In this document: in pieces, positions 55,582 to 64,000 of the stretch
Numbering within the stretch: position 1 is the stretch's first letter
How the letters are laid out: each line of letters starts with the position of its first letter
Assembly: GCA_963847185.1 (NCBI GenBank)
Contig: CAWJYV010000008.1
Location: forward strand, 1 to 64,000
Origin: an uncultured Methanosarcinaceae archaeon
GTDB taxonomy: Archaea > Halobacteriota > Methanosarcinia > Methanosarcinales > Methanosarcinaceae
Length of the DNA: 64,000 nucleotides
Reading direction: 5' to 3'
Program-made: the position numbers and the translations under genes
The notes under the pieces: generated by a model
Seen by the model: the letters and a program-made list of their open reading frames with translations, nothing else
What the model was told of the DNA's origin: nothing
Database searches by the model: none

Positions 55582-56632
55582 GGTTTGATTTTGGGAAGGT
55601 CAGAATGTAAATATAAGTTTGGGGAAAATTAAAATTAGTTTATTATCAAATTGATTTCTGTGTCAGTTAGGTAGGTCAGATAAAAATTGAAAAAAGAGAA
55701 ATTAACCTCTTAAATAATAATTGACTCTGTCTGAAAATGCTTTCCATACCGGTTTGTTCCTTTCTTTTTTTGAATAGGGCCATCTAATGTCTGCGTCTCT
55801 GTAAAAGTCTTTTTGGGTTAATTCATTTAATTCAAGCGAAACATTTTTATTCATATTTACGGTAATGAGTTTCCGTAGTTATCCTATTAAATAGGTGACT
55901 GAACTTCTGAAAAGGAGATCCAAGATATGAAAGAAACAACACTGGAGAAATCTCAAAAACCCATTTTACATGGATTTTTGTTAGGCAATGGAATTTGTCA
56001 CTCCCGCTGAAATGAGAGTAATGGGGAGTCTTGGAGTCATCCGCACAACAAAAATTTGAATTAGAAAAATGAACCGGAAAAGGGCATGATAAAAAGGTCA
56101 AAAGTCTGTCAAAGATGTCTTAAATAACCTCTCAAAATCCAACAAATAACCTCAATAAGCTCAAAAATCCAACAAATAACCTCCAACAATTAATAAAAAA
56201 CTGCAGAAAACTAGAGTGGTTATTACCCCTAATAATTCGTTCTAGAAGTTATTTCGCTCAAAAATAACTATAGAAGCCGAATCAATAGAATAAGAAAATA
56301 GCAGCAGATTAATAATTTGTGGATTAATAATTTGCTGAAAATTATTAATTGACCTTTAATCTTTGTGTCCTTTCTGTGTTCAAATTTTCAATTTCTCTTC
56401 TTTTTAGCAGGCACACCTGCAATTGTAATCTTTACATTGAATCGATTTGTGTCTTCTCAAAGAACAATGTCCCTTCTTTAAATGAATAATTGTTCTCTTT
56501 CTGAAATGTCCAATCCAGAATTTGTACTATTTAAAAATGCACTATACGAAACTTTAATCTAAAGTTAGAGAGTAGAACTGGGAGTAGAACTACTTTACAA
56601 AACAAAGTAACTTATATTCATTCAAGGTAAAA

Positions 56633-57442
56633 GTGACAACTATGAAAGCTGCCTGCATCCAGATGAATATCTCCCTTTGCTCAAAGAATGAAAACCTTGA
56701 ACGTGCCCTTATTCTGGCAGAAGAAGCGGTTTTGGAAGGAGCCGAATTACTCGTCTTTCCGGAAGTTTTCTCTACCGGTTTTTGTTATGAGCGAATTGAA
56801 GAAGTGGCTGAAACTGTCTATGGTCCTACCTTCGAAGCTCTTTGCGCCTTTTCAAAAGAACATGACTGTATTCTTGCAGGCTCAATGATTGAAAAAAGAG
56901 AATCAGACGTAATAAACACAGAAAAGCAAATTCCTTCTCAACTCAACCTTGGTTTTTGCATAGAATCCGGAAAAATTGCAGGCCTGCACAGAAAGACTCA
57001 CCTCTATGGTCCTGAAAAAGAACATTTTGCACATGGAGATCAAATAGCTCCTATCAAGCTCCAAAAATATGGACTTACTATAGGGCTCATGGTCTGTAAC
57101 GAACTCCGCTACCCTGAAGTTGCAAGAAAACTGGCTCTTGAAGGAGCTGATATTCTGGTTTCTGCTGCCGAAATCCCAGATTTTTTCATAAACTCCTGGA
57201 GGACTATCTCACTTGCCAGGGCAATTGAAAATGAAATTCCGCATATTGCCTGTAACCGTGTAGGAAGAGACAAGTATTCCACTTATCCCGGGTGTTCTTT
57301 TATCGCAGATGGCTGGGGCCGTATTCTGGCAGAAACCTGGAAAGGTGAATGCGCCCTTATAGGTGAAATTGATCTTGATGAAGCAAGAGAAATGAAGAAA
57401 ACTACTTCGATTTTTGAAGGTCGGAGACCTGAACTCTATTGA
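56633..57442 (+). CDS. carbon-nitrogen hydrolase (nitrilase family)
   Basis: Glu-Lys-Cys triad: FPE, RKTHL, VCNELRYPE; RAIEN. Confidence 0.93.
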   Translation: MTTMKAACIQMNISLCSKNENLERALILAEEAVLEGAELLVFPEVFSTGFCYERIEEVAETVYGPTFEALCAFSKEHDCILAGSMIEKRESDVINTEKQIPSQLNLGFCIESGKIAGLHRKTHLYGPEKEHFAHGDQIAPIKLQKYGLTIGLMVCNELRYPEVARKLALEGADILVSAAEIPDFFINSWRTISLARAIENEIPHIACNRVGRDKYSTYPGCSFIADGWGRILAETWKGECALIGEIDLDEAREMKKTTSIFEGRRPELY

Positions 57443-57632
57443 TTAATCTCTATTGGTGTATTTTATAGATCAGCTCGATCTACACAAAACCAGAGTGTAA
57501 AAAGTGTATCTTGAGAGCGCGAATTCCTGTTAGATAAGTGAAAAATAAATATGAAAAAAGTTTAATAAAGTCTAAAAAATTTATTAAAAAAGCAAACTAA
57601 GAAAAAAATTGAAAAAGGTGAACCCTGAAGGG

Positions 57633-59120
57633 TTATCCTTTCAATTCTTTCAAAATCAGTTCGCGTGCAGTTTTTGCATCTGCTGTGCCTTTTGTCTTCT
57701 GCATGACCTTGCCTACAAGGAAGTTCAGGGATTTTTCCGCACCTCCAAGGTAGTCCTGGACTGCTGCTGCATTTTCGGCTATTGCTTCGGCAACTGCTTT
57801 TGTTACCAGATCGTCTTCGGCTTTGAAAAGGCTTTTTTCTTCGATAATCTGGGATGGTGTATTTTCTTCCTTGCCGTCCAGAATACTGCGGATAACTTCA
57901 ACTGAAGCTCTGTCACTGATTTTACCTTCTGAAAAGAGGGTAACCAGTTCTACCATATCCGAGACTTTAAAGGAGTTTTCTATTTCCGGATCTTTAGTGT
58001 GGATAAAGCTGATCTTTTTCCCGTCATAAGAGGAAATCTCAAGGTCACGGTAATTTAACTCTCCGAGGAAGACATCAGCGGTCCAGGTAGCTGCAGTCTT
58101 TGGGTCAATACCTTCTGCGCAAACACTTTCGTAGAAATCAGCGAGCATGATCTTGGACGTGAGGGCTCTTGCATGCATATCCGTGATGCCGTACTGATCT
58201 ACGAAACGTGCACGCTTTGCATCCGGAAGTTCAGGCAAAGTCTCTCTAACTCCGGGAACCCATCCAGCTACACGCATTGGCATAAGATCCGGTTCGCGGA
58301 AGTAGCGGTAGTCTTCTGCCTCTTCTTTTGTCCTCATTGAGAGCGTTACTCCCCTGCCCTCGTCGAAGTGGCGTGTCTCCTGCACGATTTTTCCGCCGCG
58401 GCGTATCACGTTCTTCTGGCGCATGATCTCGTAGAGAAGAGCTCTTTCAACTCCTTTATGGGATGAGATATTTTTGATTTCAACACGAGTGCCCCAGTAA
58501 ACCGAGACGTTTGCATCCACACGCATTGCTCCCTCAAGATTGCCGTCAAAAACGTCAAGATATTCAAGAATATTCCTGAACTTGTCAAGGAAACGCCTTG
58601 CTTCCTTGGGGGTGCGCATATCAGGTTCCGTAACAGTTTCTATCAGGGACATGCCTGATCTGTTGTAATCTATAAGAACACCTTTGGACTTTTCAATGCT
58701 TCCAATGTGCACAAGTTTTCCAGGGTCTTCTTCCATATGGGCTCTTGTGATCCCTACAACGTGTTCCCCATCTTCTCCTTCAATCACTACTTTTCCCTTG
58801 CCTACTATGGGAAAATCATACTGGGTGACCTGGAAACCTTTGGGAAGGTCAGGATAGAAGTAGTTCTTTCTGTGGAACTGAGTCTCTTCTGCAATTTCCC
58901 CTTCAAGGGCAAGTCCGATCTTAATTGCAGCTTCCACAGCTTTTTTGTTCAGAACCGGAAGCGATCCAGGAAGGCCCAGACAAATCGGACAGGTGTGGGT
59001 ATTTGGAGCTGCGTTGTGGTAATCAGTAGAACATCCGCAAAACATCTTTGTCTTAAGTTTGTTAAGCTGGACGTGGATTTCAAGCCCTATCCTTATACCG
59101 TCAGGATTTTCATAGACCAT
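57633..59120 (-). CDS. gatB: Asp/Glu-tRNA amidotransferase subunit B
   Basis: IGLEIHVQL, RKNYFYPDLPKGFQ, DYRYFREPDL. Confidence 0.98.
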   Translation of the reverse strand: MVYENPDGIRIGLEIHVQLNKLKTKMFCGCSTDYHNAAPNTHTCPICLGLPGSLPVLNKKAVEAAIKIGLALEGEIAEETQFHRKNYFYPDLPKGFQVTQYDFPIVGKGKVVIEGEDGEHVVGITRAHMEEDPGKLVHIGSIEKSKGVLIDYNRSGMSLIETVTEPDMRTPKEARRFLDKFRNILEYLDVFDGNLEGAMRVDANVSVYWGTRVEIKNISSHKGVERALLYEIMRQKNVIRRGGKIVQETRHFDEGRGVTLSMRTKEEAEDYRYFREPDLMPMRVAGWVPGVRETLPELPDAKRARFVDQYGITDMHARALTSKIMLADFYESVCAEGIDPKTAATWTADVFLGELNYRDLEISSYDGKKISFIHTKDPEIENSFKVSDMVELVTLFSEGKISDRASVEVIRSILDGKEENTPSQIIEEKSLFKAEDDLVTKAVAEAIAENAAAVQDYLGGAEKSLNFLVGKVMQKTKGTADAKTARELILKELKG

Positions 59121-60548
59121 TTATTCCACCTCTGGGGGTCTCTTTGTGTGGTAATCGGTATTCTGCTCGAAAGTGTAGGCTGCACGAAGGACAGTTGGCT
59201 CGTCAAAGGGCTTGCCCATAATCTGCAGTCCTATCGGAAGGCCTTCAGTAAAGCCGCAGGGTACTGAAATTGAAGGTACGCCTGCAAGGTTTATGGGGCA
59301 GGTATTGACATCCGAGAGGTAAAGGGTGAGAGGATCTTCAATTTTCTCTCCTATTTTGAAAGCAGGATTTGGCATGGTCGGAGCCATGAGCATGTCAACT
59401 TTTGAAAGGGCTTTATCAAAGTCCTGTTTCACAAGGGTTCTTATTTTCAGGGCTTTTAAGTAGTATTTGTCGTGATAGCCTGCAGAAAGCGCATAAGTTC
59501 CCAGAAGAATTCTTCTTTTCACTTCCGTGCCGAACCCATCAGCTCTGATCTTTGAAACCATGGAATGCCAGTTTTCCCCGCTCTCTCTAAATCCATAACG
59601 AGTTCCGTCAAAACGGGCAAGGTTCGAGGACGCTTCACTCATTGCAATGATATAATATGAGGCAAGGGCGTACTTTATATGAGGCATGGAAACCTCTTCC
59701 CAGGTAGCTCCAAGACTTTCGCATTTGTGTATAGCGTTCCATACTGCTTTATCAACATCCGGGTGAATGCCTTCACCAAAGAATTCTTTCGGAACCCCTA
59801 TTTTCAGGCCTTTTACATCGTCAACCAGAGCTTTCTGGTATTCTATTTTACTGTCAATGGATGTGGAGTCTCTTTGGTCATATCCGGCTATAACATCCAT
59901 GAGTACTGCGATGTCTGTCACATTGTTTGCAAGAGGCCCTATCTGTTCAAGGGAGTTTGCGTAAGCTACCACCCCATATCTGGAAACTGCTCCATAAGTC
60001 GGTTTAAGCCCGACAACACCACAGAAAGCTGCAGGACAGCGTACGGACCCCCCGGTATCAGAACCAAGAGCAAAAGGAGCCTCTCCTGCTGCAACTACTG
60101 CAGCACTGCCTCCTGAAGACCCACCAGGTACTCTTTCAAGGTCCCAGGGATTTGCAGTAGGTCCAAAGTGGCTGGTTTCTGTTGACGATCCCATTGCAAA
60201 CTCATCCATGTTGGTTTTTCCAAGGATTACTGCGCCTGCAGCAAGAAGTTTCTCAATAACATGGGCATTGAATGGAGGAACATATCCCTCAAGGATCTTC
60301 GAACCGCAGCTGTTTGGAAGCCCTACTACAGAGATATTATCTTTAATTGCAATTGGCACTCCTGCAAGAGGACCTTTATGGCCTTCGGAATCGATTTTTT
60401 TAGCCCGCTCAAGGGATTTTTCAGAAACCGTTGTATAGCCATTTATTTTGCTCTTTCCTATAGCCTCAAGGTATTGAGCTGTTACTTCTTCGGCTGAGCT
60501 TTCTTCAATTTTCTGTTTTATCTGTGCAACACTCATCCACTTTGCCAT
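59121..60548 (-). CDS. gatA: Asp/Glu-tRNA amidotransferase subunit A
   Basis: [29 protein letters not shown]. Confidence 0.98.
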   Translation of the reverse strand: MAKWMSVAQIKQKIEESSAEEVTAQYLEAIGKSKINGYTTVSEKSLERAKKIDSEGHKGPLAGVPIAIKDNISVVGLPNSCGSKILEGYVPPFNAHVIEKLLAAGAVILGKTNMDEFAMGSSTETSHFGPTANPWDLERVPGGSSGGSAAVVAAGEAPFALGSDTGGSVRCPAAFCGVVGLKPTYGAVSRYGVVAYANSLEQIGPLANNVTDIAVLMDVIAGYDQRDSTSIDSKIEYQKALVDDVKGLKIGVPKEFFGEGIHPDVDKAVWNAIHKCESLGATWEEVSMPHIKYALASYYIIAMSEASSNLARFDGTRYGFRESGENWHSMVSKIRADGFGTEVKRRILLGTYALSAGYHDKYYLKALKIRTLVKQDFDKALSKVDMLMAPTMPNPAFKIGEKIEDPLTLYLSDVNTCPINLAGVPSISVPCGFTEGLPIGLQIMGKPFDEPTVLRAAYTFEQNTDYHTKRPPEVE

Positions 60549-60559
60549 TTAAAATCCCC

Positions 60560-60841
60560 TCAGCCGATTTTCGGGACTCTGAAGTACCCGTCCTGTTTGT
60601 GTTCGGTATTTGCAAGAACAACTTCCTGCGGAAGAGATTCTTCCACCACATCCTCCCTGAACACGTTATAGATCTCAGCCACGTGATATGTGGGAGCCAC
60701 ATCTTCGGTAGGCAGCTCGTCAAGCTGTCCGAAGTACCCCAATACTGAATTAAGTTTTTCCATATATTCGACTGTCTCCTTTTCGCTAATCTCGATGCGA
60801 GCAAGCCAGCCGATATGTTCTACATCTTCTTTTGTGATCAT
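60560..60841 (-). CDS. gatC: Asp/Glu-tRNA amidotransferase subunit C
   Basis: ITKEDVEHIGWLARI...FRVPKI; operon position. Confidence 0.96.
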   Translation of the reverse strand: MITKEDVEHIGWLARIEISEKETVEYMEKLNSVLGYFGQLDELPTEDVAPTYHVAEIYNVFREDVVEESLPQEVVLANTEHKQDGYFRVPKIG

Positions 60842-61175
60842 GAGAATTCCTCAAAAATAGAATAATTCTGAGTTGAATGCCATTGGCAACTGCATAATAG
60901 AAGCAGGCTAATGAAATAAATATATATTCTTCTTATCTCTGTGAGAGGATAAGTTAGAAGGGGTTTTTAATACTATTTAATGTAGTATCTTCTTCATTTT
61001 ATATTGGACACTGGTGATATCTTTTAACCTTTTAAGTTTTATATTGGAGTGTCAACCTTGAATACAATTATCAATCTTTTTTAAAAGTTTCAAATGTTAT
61101 TGATAACTCAGCTATCTTTAATCTTAACCTGTTTTTCTAGTACATTCAATTCTGATCATTTTCACATTTAACTAA

Positions 61176-61460
61176 AAATATGTTTTTGCAACTACCTTCT
61201 CCAAATGGACTGCAATGGAAGGTATAGTACTCAATCAGTTTAAGATAAAGGTAAGAGCTGACATGAATCTAAGCGCGAGTTTTGGAATTTTTCAAGAACC
61301 TTCAATTCCTATTTACGGTTTTATTAGATTCGAGATTTTAGTTGATTCAGGAATGAGCATAGAAGAAATCCAGAAATTTAGTGAGATAACAAAGCAGCGA
61401 TGCTCGTGCTATTACTGTTTGACTACCGTAATTATTCTCGAAATCGTTTTACAGATGTAA
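61176..61460 (+). pseudogene. 5'-truncated OsmC-like gene remnant
   Basis: frame reads FATTFSKWTAMEGIVLNQFKIKVRAD...RCSCYYCL, like the C-terminal part of OsmC/Ohr proteins; in-frame TAA at 61173. Confidence 0.55.
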
Positions 61461-61503
61461 ATCAGGAAGTTTAAATCAGGTGTGTTTACTTATTTTTTCC
61501 TCA

Positions 61504-61566
61504 CCCGAGTTTCGCTTCGGGAGCACGAAGTCCTTTTCCCTCGCTTCGCTCGCTCAAGAGGACTAA
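61504..61566 (-). repeat. REP/MITE-like palindromic repeat (copy D)
   Basis: reverse complement TTAGTCCTCTTGAGCGAGCGAAGCGAGGGAAAAGGACTTCGTGCTCCCGAAGCGAAACTCGGG. Confidence 0.85.
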
Positions 61567-61686
61567 CTTCTGGCTTAGAGTCCTGTTCAGCTCTTTGAAC
61601 CGCTTTCGGGATCAGAGATTCTTTTCTCTGAGGAGGACGAATAGGCGCAGAAAATTATCGAGCTTCTATTATGCGGAGTAAAAAAG

Positions 61687-61725
61687 ATGAGCAAGAGACT
61701 TGAGAATAAATAATCTCTTGCTCAT
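61687..61725 (-). terminator. inverted repeat downstream of YHS-FrhB gene
   Basis: ATGAGCAAGAGA...TCTCTTGCTCAT, 12-bp perfect arms; T-run follows on the minus strand. Confidence 0.55.
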
Positions 61726-61757
61726 GAAAAATCTTTTTGTCTATTTTTTATTCTATC

Positions 61758-62921
61758 TTATGATTTCTCTCTTCTGTGGAGATCGTACATCTGGACTTTT
61801 TTCATTTTTGCCAGGTTGAGTACTCTTTCAAGTTCGTTGTCAGTAAGTTGACGGGCCTCAATGTAGCCGTTGTCTACGGCTTCGTTAAAGATTTCGTATC
61901 CTATGGATGAGCGGGTTAGAACTGTGGTCCAGCCCTTTGGGCTTCCAACTCCACCGAATGAGATGTCTGAGTTTTCGGCGGTGAGGTCAGTGCAGAAACG
62001 GCAGGAAGAGCTTCTGTATTCATCAAAGTCACTGAGTTCGAAGATGTGTTCTTTTCCGTCTTTGAGAGTGACTTCAAACTTTCCTTTCCGGATTTTCATA
62101 GCATCTACGTTTTCGAGTGTGATTCCATAGCTTTCAAGCACGGTTTTGATGCCTTCATATGAAAAGGTGTCCATGCAAAAGAGGCCCAGTTTGAGAACCC
62201 TTGCGCGCATAAAAAGGTGCAGGAAGCCATAGGAACTTTTCTGCATTTTTGTGACGGCATCTATGTTGCAGCTGGTTCCTACAAAGGCAATGCTGTTCAT
62301 TCCCTGTTTGACTGCGCTCATGAGGGCTTCAAGCGTCATTGAATGGGAATAGACGCTGCCGCTGCTTTCAAGAATCTCTTCCCTAGTTTTTGCTACAATT
62401 GGAACTGGTTTCCAGGGTTCTTCTTTTGAGCGGGTTGTAACTACAGCAGAGTCGATCAGTCCTTCATCCAGGCCATAAAGGAGGAGAGAGGTTACAACTC
62501 CCCCATCCTGACCCTTTATTTCAGGAATAGCTGATCTTGCAGCATATGCAAACCGGAAACTTCCAACGAGTCCCTCTTCTGTGGTGATGGTTCTTGGACA
62601 CTGGTAGTAACAGACTCCACAGGCTTTACAGGGGCCAACCAGTTTTGGTGCTCCATTCTCAATGGTTATGTACTCGCAGCTTGCTGCACAGGCTCCGCAG
62701 AGAGTGCAAATGCCTGGTTTTATAATATCTTTTTTAAGTTTTCCAAAGGAAATCTTTTCTTTTTCACTAAGGGTTCTTTTGAGTCGAATTACACTTTTCT
62801 CCAGTACATCGAATTTCTGTTTGCATTCGGGACTGCAGAAATAATATTTTTTTCCCCCGTAATCCGAAACGTATTCCGTATTGTTAGATATAATCTTCTT
62901 GCAAATGGGATCCAGTGGCAT
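61758..62921 (-). CDS. F420 hydrogenase/dehydrogenase beta (FrhB)-family protein with N-terminal YHS domain and 2[4Fe-4S]
   Basis: DPIC...YYFCSPECK; CxxCxxCxxxC twice; GQDGGVVT, GTSC, GLFC, CRFCTD. Confidence 0.88.
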   Translation of the reverse strand: MPLDPICKKIISNNTEYVSDYGGKKYYFCSPECKQKFDVLEKSVIRLKRTLSEKEKISFGKLKKDIIKPGICTLCGACAASCEYITIENGAPKLVGPCKACGVCYYQCPRTITTEEGLVGSFRFAYAARSAIPEIKGQDGGVVTSLLLYGLDEGLIDSAVVTTRSKEEPWKPVPIVAKTREEILESSGSVYSHSMTLEALMSAVKQGMNSIAFVGTSCNIDAVTKMQKSSYGFLHLFMRARVLKLGLFCMDTFSYEGIKTVLESYGITLENVDAMKIRKGKFEVTLKDGKEHIFELSDFDEYRSSSCRFCTDLTAENSDISFGGVGSPKGWTTVLTRSSIGYEIFNEAVDNGYIEARQLTDNELERVLNLAKMKKVQMYDLHRREKS

Positions 62922-63685
62922 TAAAGGCCTCCGATGCAGATTAAACGAAAACTTCAGAGATTATTACCGGATGAGATATTTTCAGAATGAATATGATGTC
63001 AGCCTTAAAGGGTTTTGAATATCTCTATCAAATGTATATACATCTTTTTATAGTTGTATTCTTTATAATTTATACTCTTATAATTATGTACTATAATTTA
63101 TCCTTATGGGTATTTATAGGGCTTCTTCTGGAAGTGATACTTTTGGGTAAACATTTCCCATAAAATAAACTTGAGCGTATGAAAAATGAGTGCTAAAGGC
63201 AGACCGATAAATTGAACCAGTAAATCTGAACTAAATAAAAAAAGTTATTTCAAATCTGAAAGTCTGATTCATTTTCGCTAGGCATGAGTATAATAACATA
63301 TGCAGAAAAAATATGTAAATGTTGTAAATAATGATAAAGATTAAAATATGAATCAAATTAAAATATGAATTAAATTAAAATCGATGTTAATTGCCTATTT
63401 GAAATATTTTAGCAAAGGTTAATTATAGGCTTTGCTAAATAGTTCCTTTAAACTTCTAATAAAATATCCTCTTGTCTGAACTTTTTTTAGAGTTCTTAAG
63501 AGATTGCCTCCCCCTAAACATTCCAATGTTCAAACATTAGTTCTTATGTAACAAAGCGGCTCACTCTGCTTACTTCAGCGTAGCCTGTAATTTTCAAATA
63601 GGCCTGAATATCTTCAGATTAAACTCATGAAATAATTCGTTTTAAAATTGAATTTTATATACAGATCCTCAGGAAGGAATTAAAA

Positions 63686-64000
63686 ATGGCTTTGAAACCT
63701 AGAATTACAGAATCTCCTCAGGTTCGTTTGATTGACCTTAAGTCAAAACCTTTCTTTATAGTAGCTTCCGTAGAAGTCGGAAATACTACTACTAAATCCA
63801 TCCTTACGGCTACAAACATGGATACCGGCAGGACCCATATTATTAATAAAGTCGTGAGGATGACCAGAGATGTTCGCCCTCCCAAGCCTGGAGAGATCGT
63901 ATTCGGAAAAACTCTTACGGGTGTGGAACTTACCCGCGAGGGTGTTGCGGAACTTGTGAGAAGCACCCTGACCGAATCAATGGAAAAAGCCAGTCTGGAC
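63686..64000 (+). CDS. methanogenesis marker 14 protein (partial, runs off window)
   Basis: manual translation MALKPRITESP...VASVEVGNTTTKSILTATNMDTG...RMTRDVRPPKPGE; absent from ORF track because no stop is in the window. Confidence 0.8.
   Translation, partial: MALKPRITESPQVRLIDLKSKPFFIVASVEVGNTTTKSILTATNMDTGRTHIINKVVRMTRDVRPPKPGEIVFGKTLTGVELTREGVAELVRSTLTESMEKASLD

Noticed and set aside
63718-63966. 82-aa minus-strand ORF
   Set aside because: Antisense to the marker-14 gene on the plus strand

Overview
A 64-kb core-chromosome segment of a methanogenic archaeon, almost certainly Methanosarcina (mcrBDCGA, fae-hps, form III RuBisCO, long AT-rich spacers). It carries: a cluster of four tRNA-Cys genes interleaved with a palindromic repeat and tRNA 3'-half fragments; nth, fae-hps, tpiA; the archaeal aromatic amino-acid operon (aroA'-aroB'-aroD-aroE-tyrA); guaAA, srp54, two initiator tRNA-Met genes; a heat-shock operon (ArsR/HSR-cdc48-hsp20-hsp20); a tandem DUF1646 duplication; rbcL, sua5, polC; the MCR locus (mmp10, mcrBDCGA, an uncharacterised Rossmann/Cys-rich gene, probable mcmA); aroA, thyA, htpX; a small accessory patch (Mrr, DHFR-like, Cys-rich membrane protein, nitrilase); gatCAB; a YHS-FrhB fusion; and the start of methanogenesis marker 14. 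The most unusual items are the tRNA-Cys/repeat/tRNA-half modules, the TTAG-led REP-like element, and the uncharacterised gene between mcrA and mcmA. Three single-base frameshifts could be sequencing errors. All calls come from reading motifs by eye; no searches were run.
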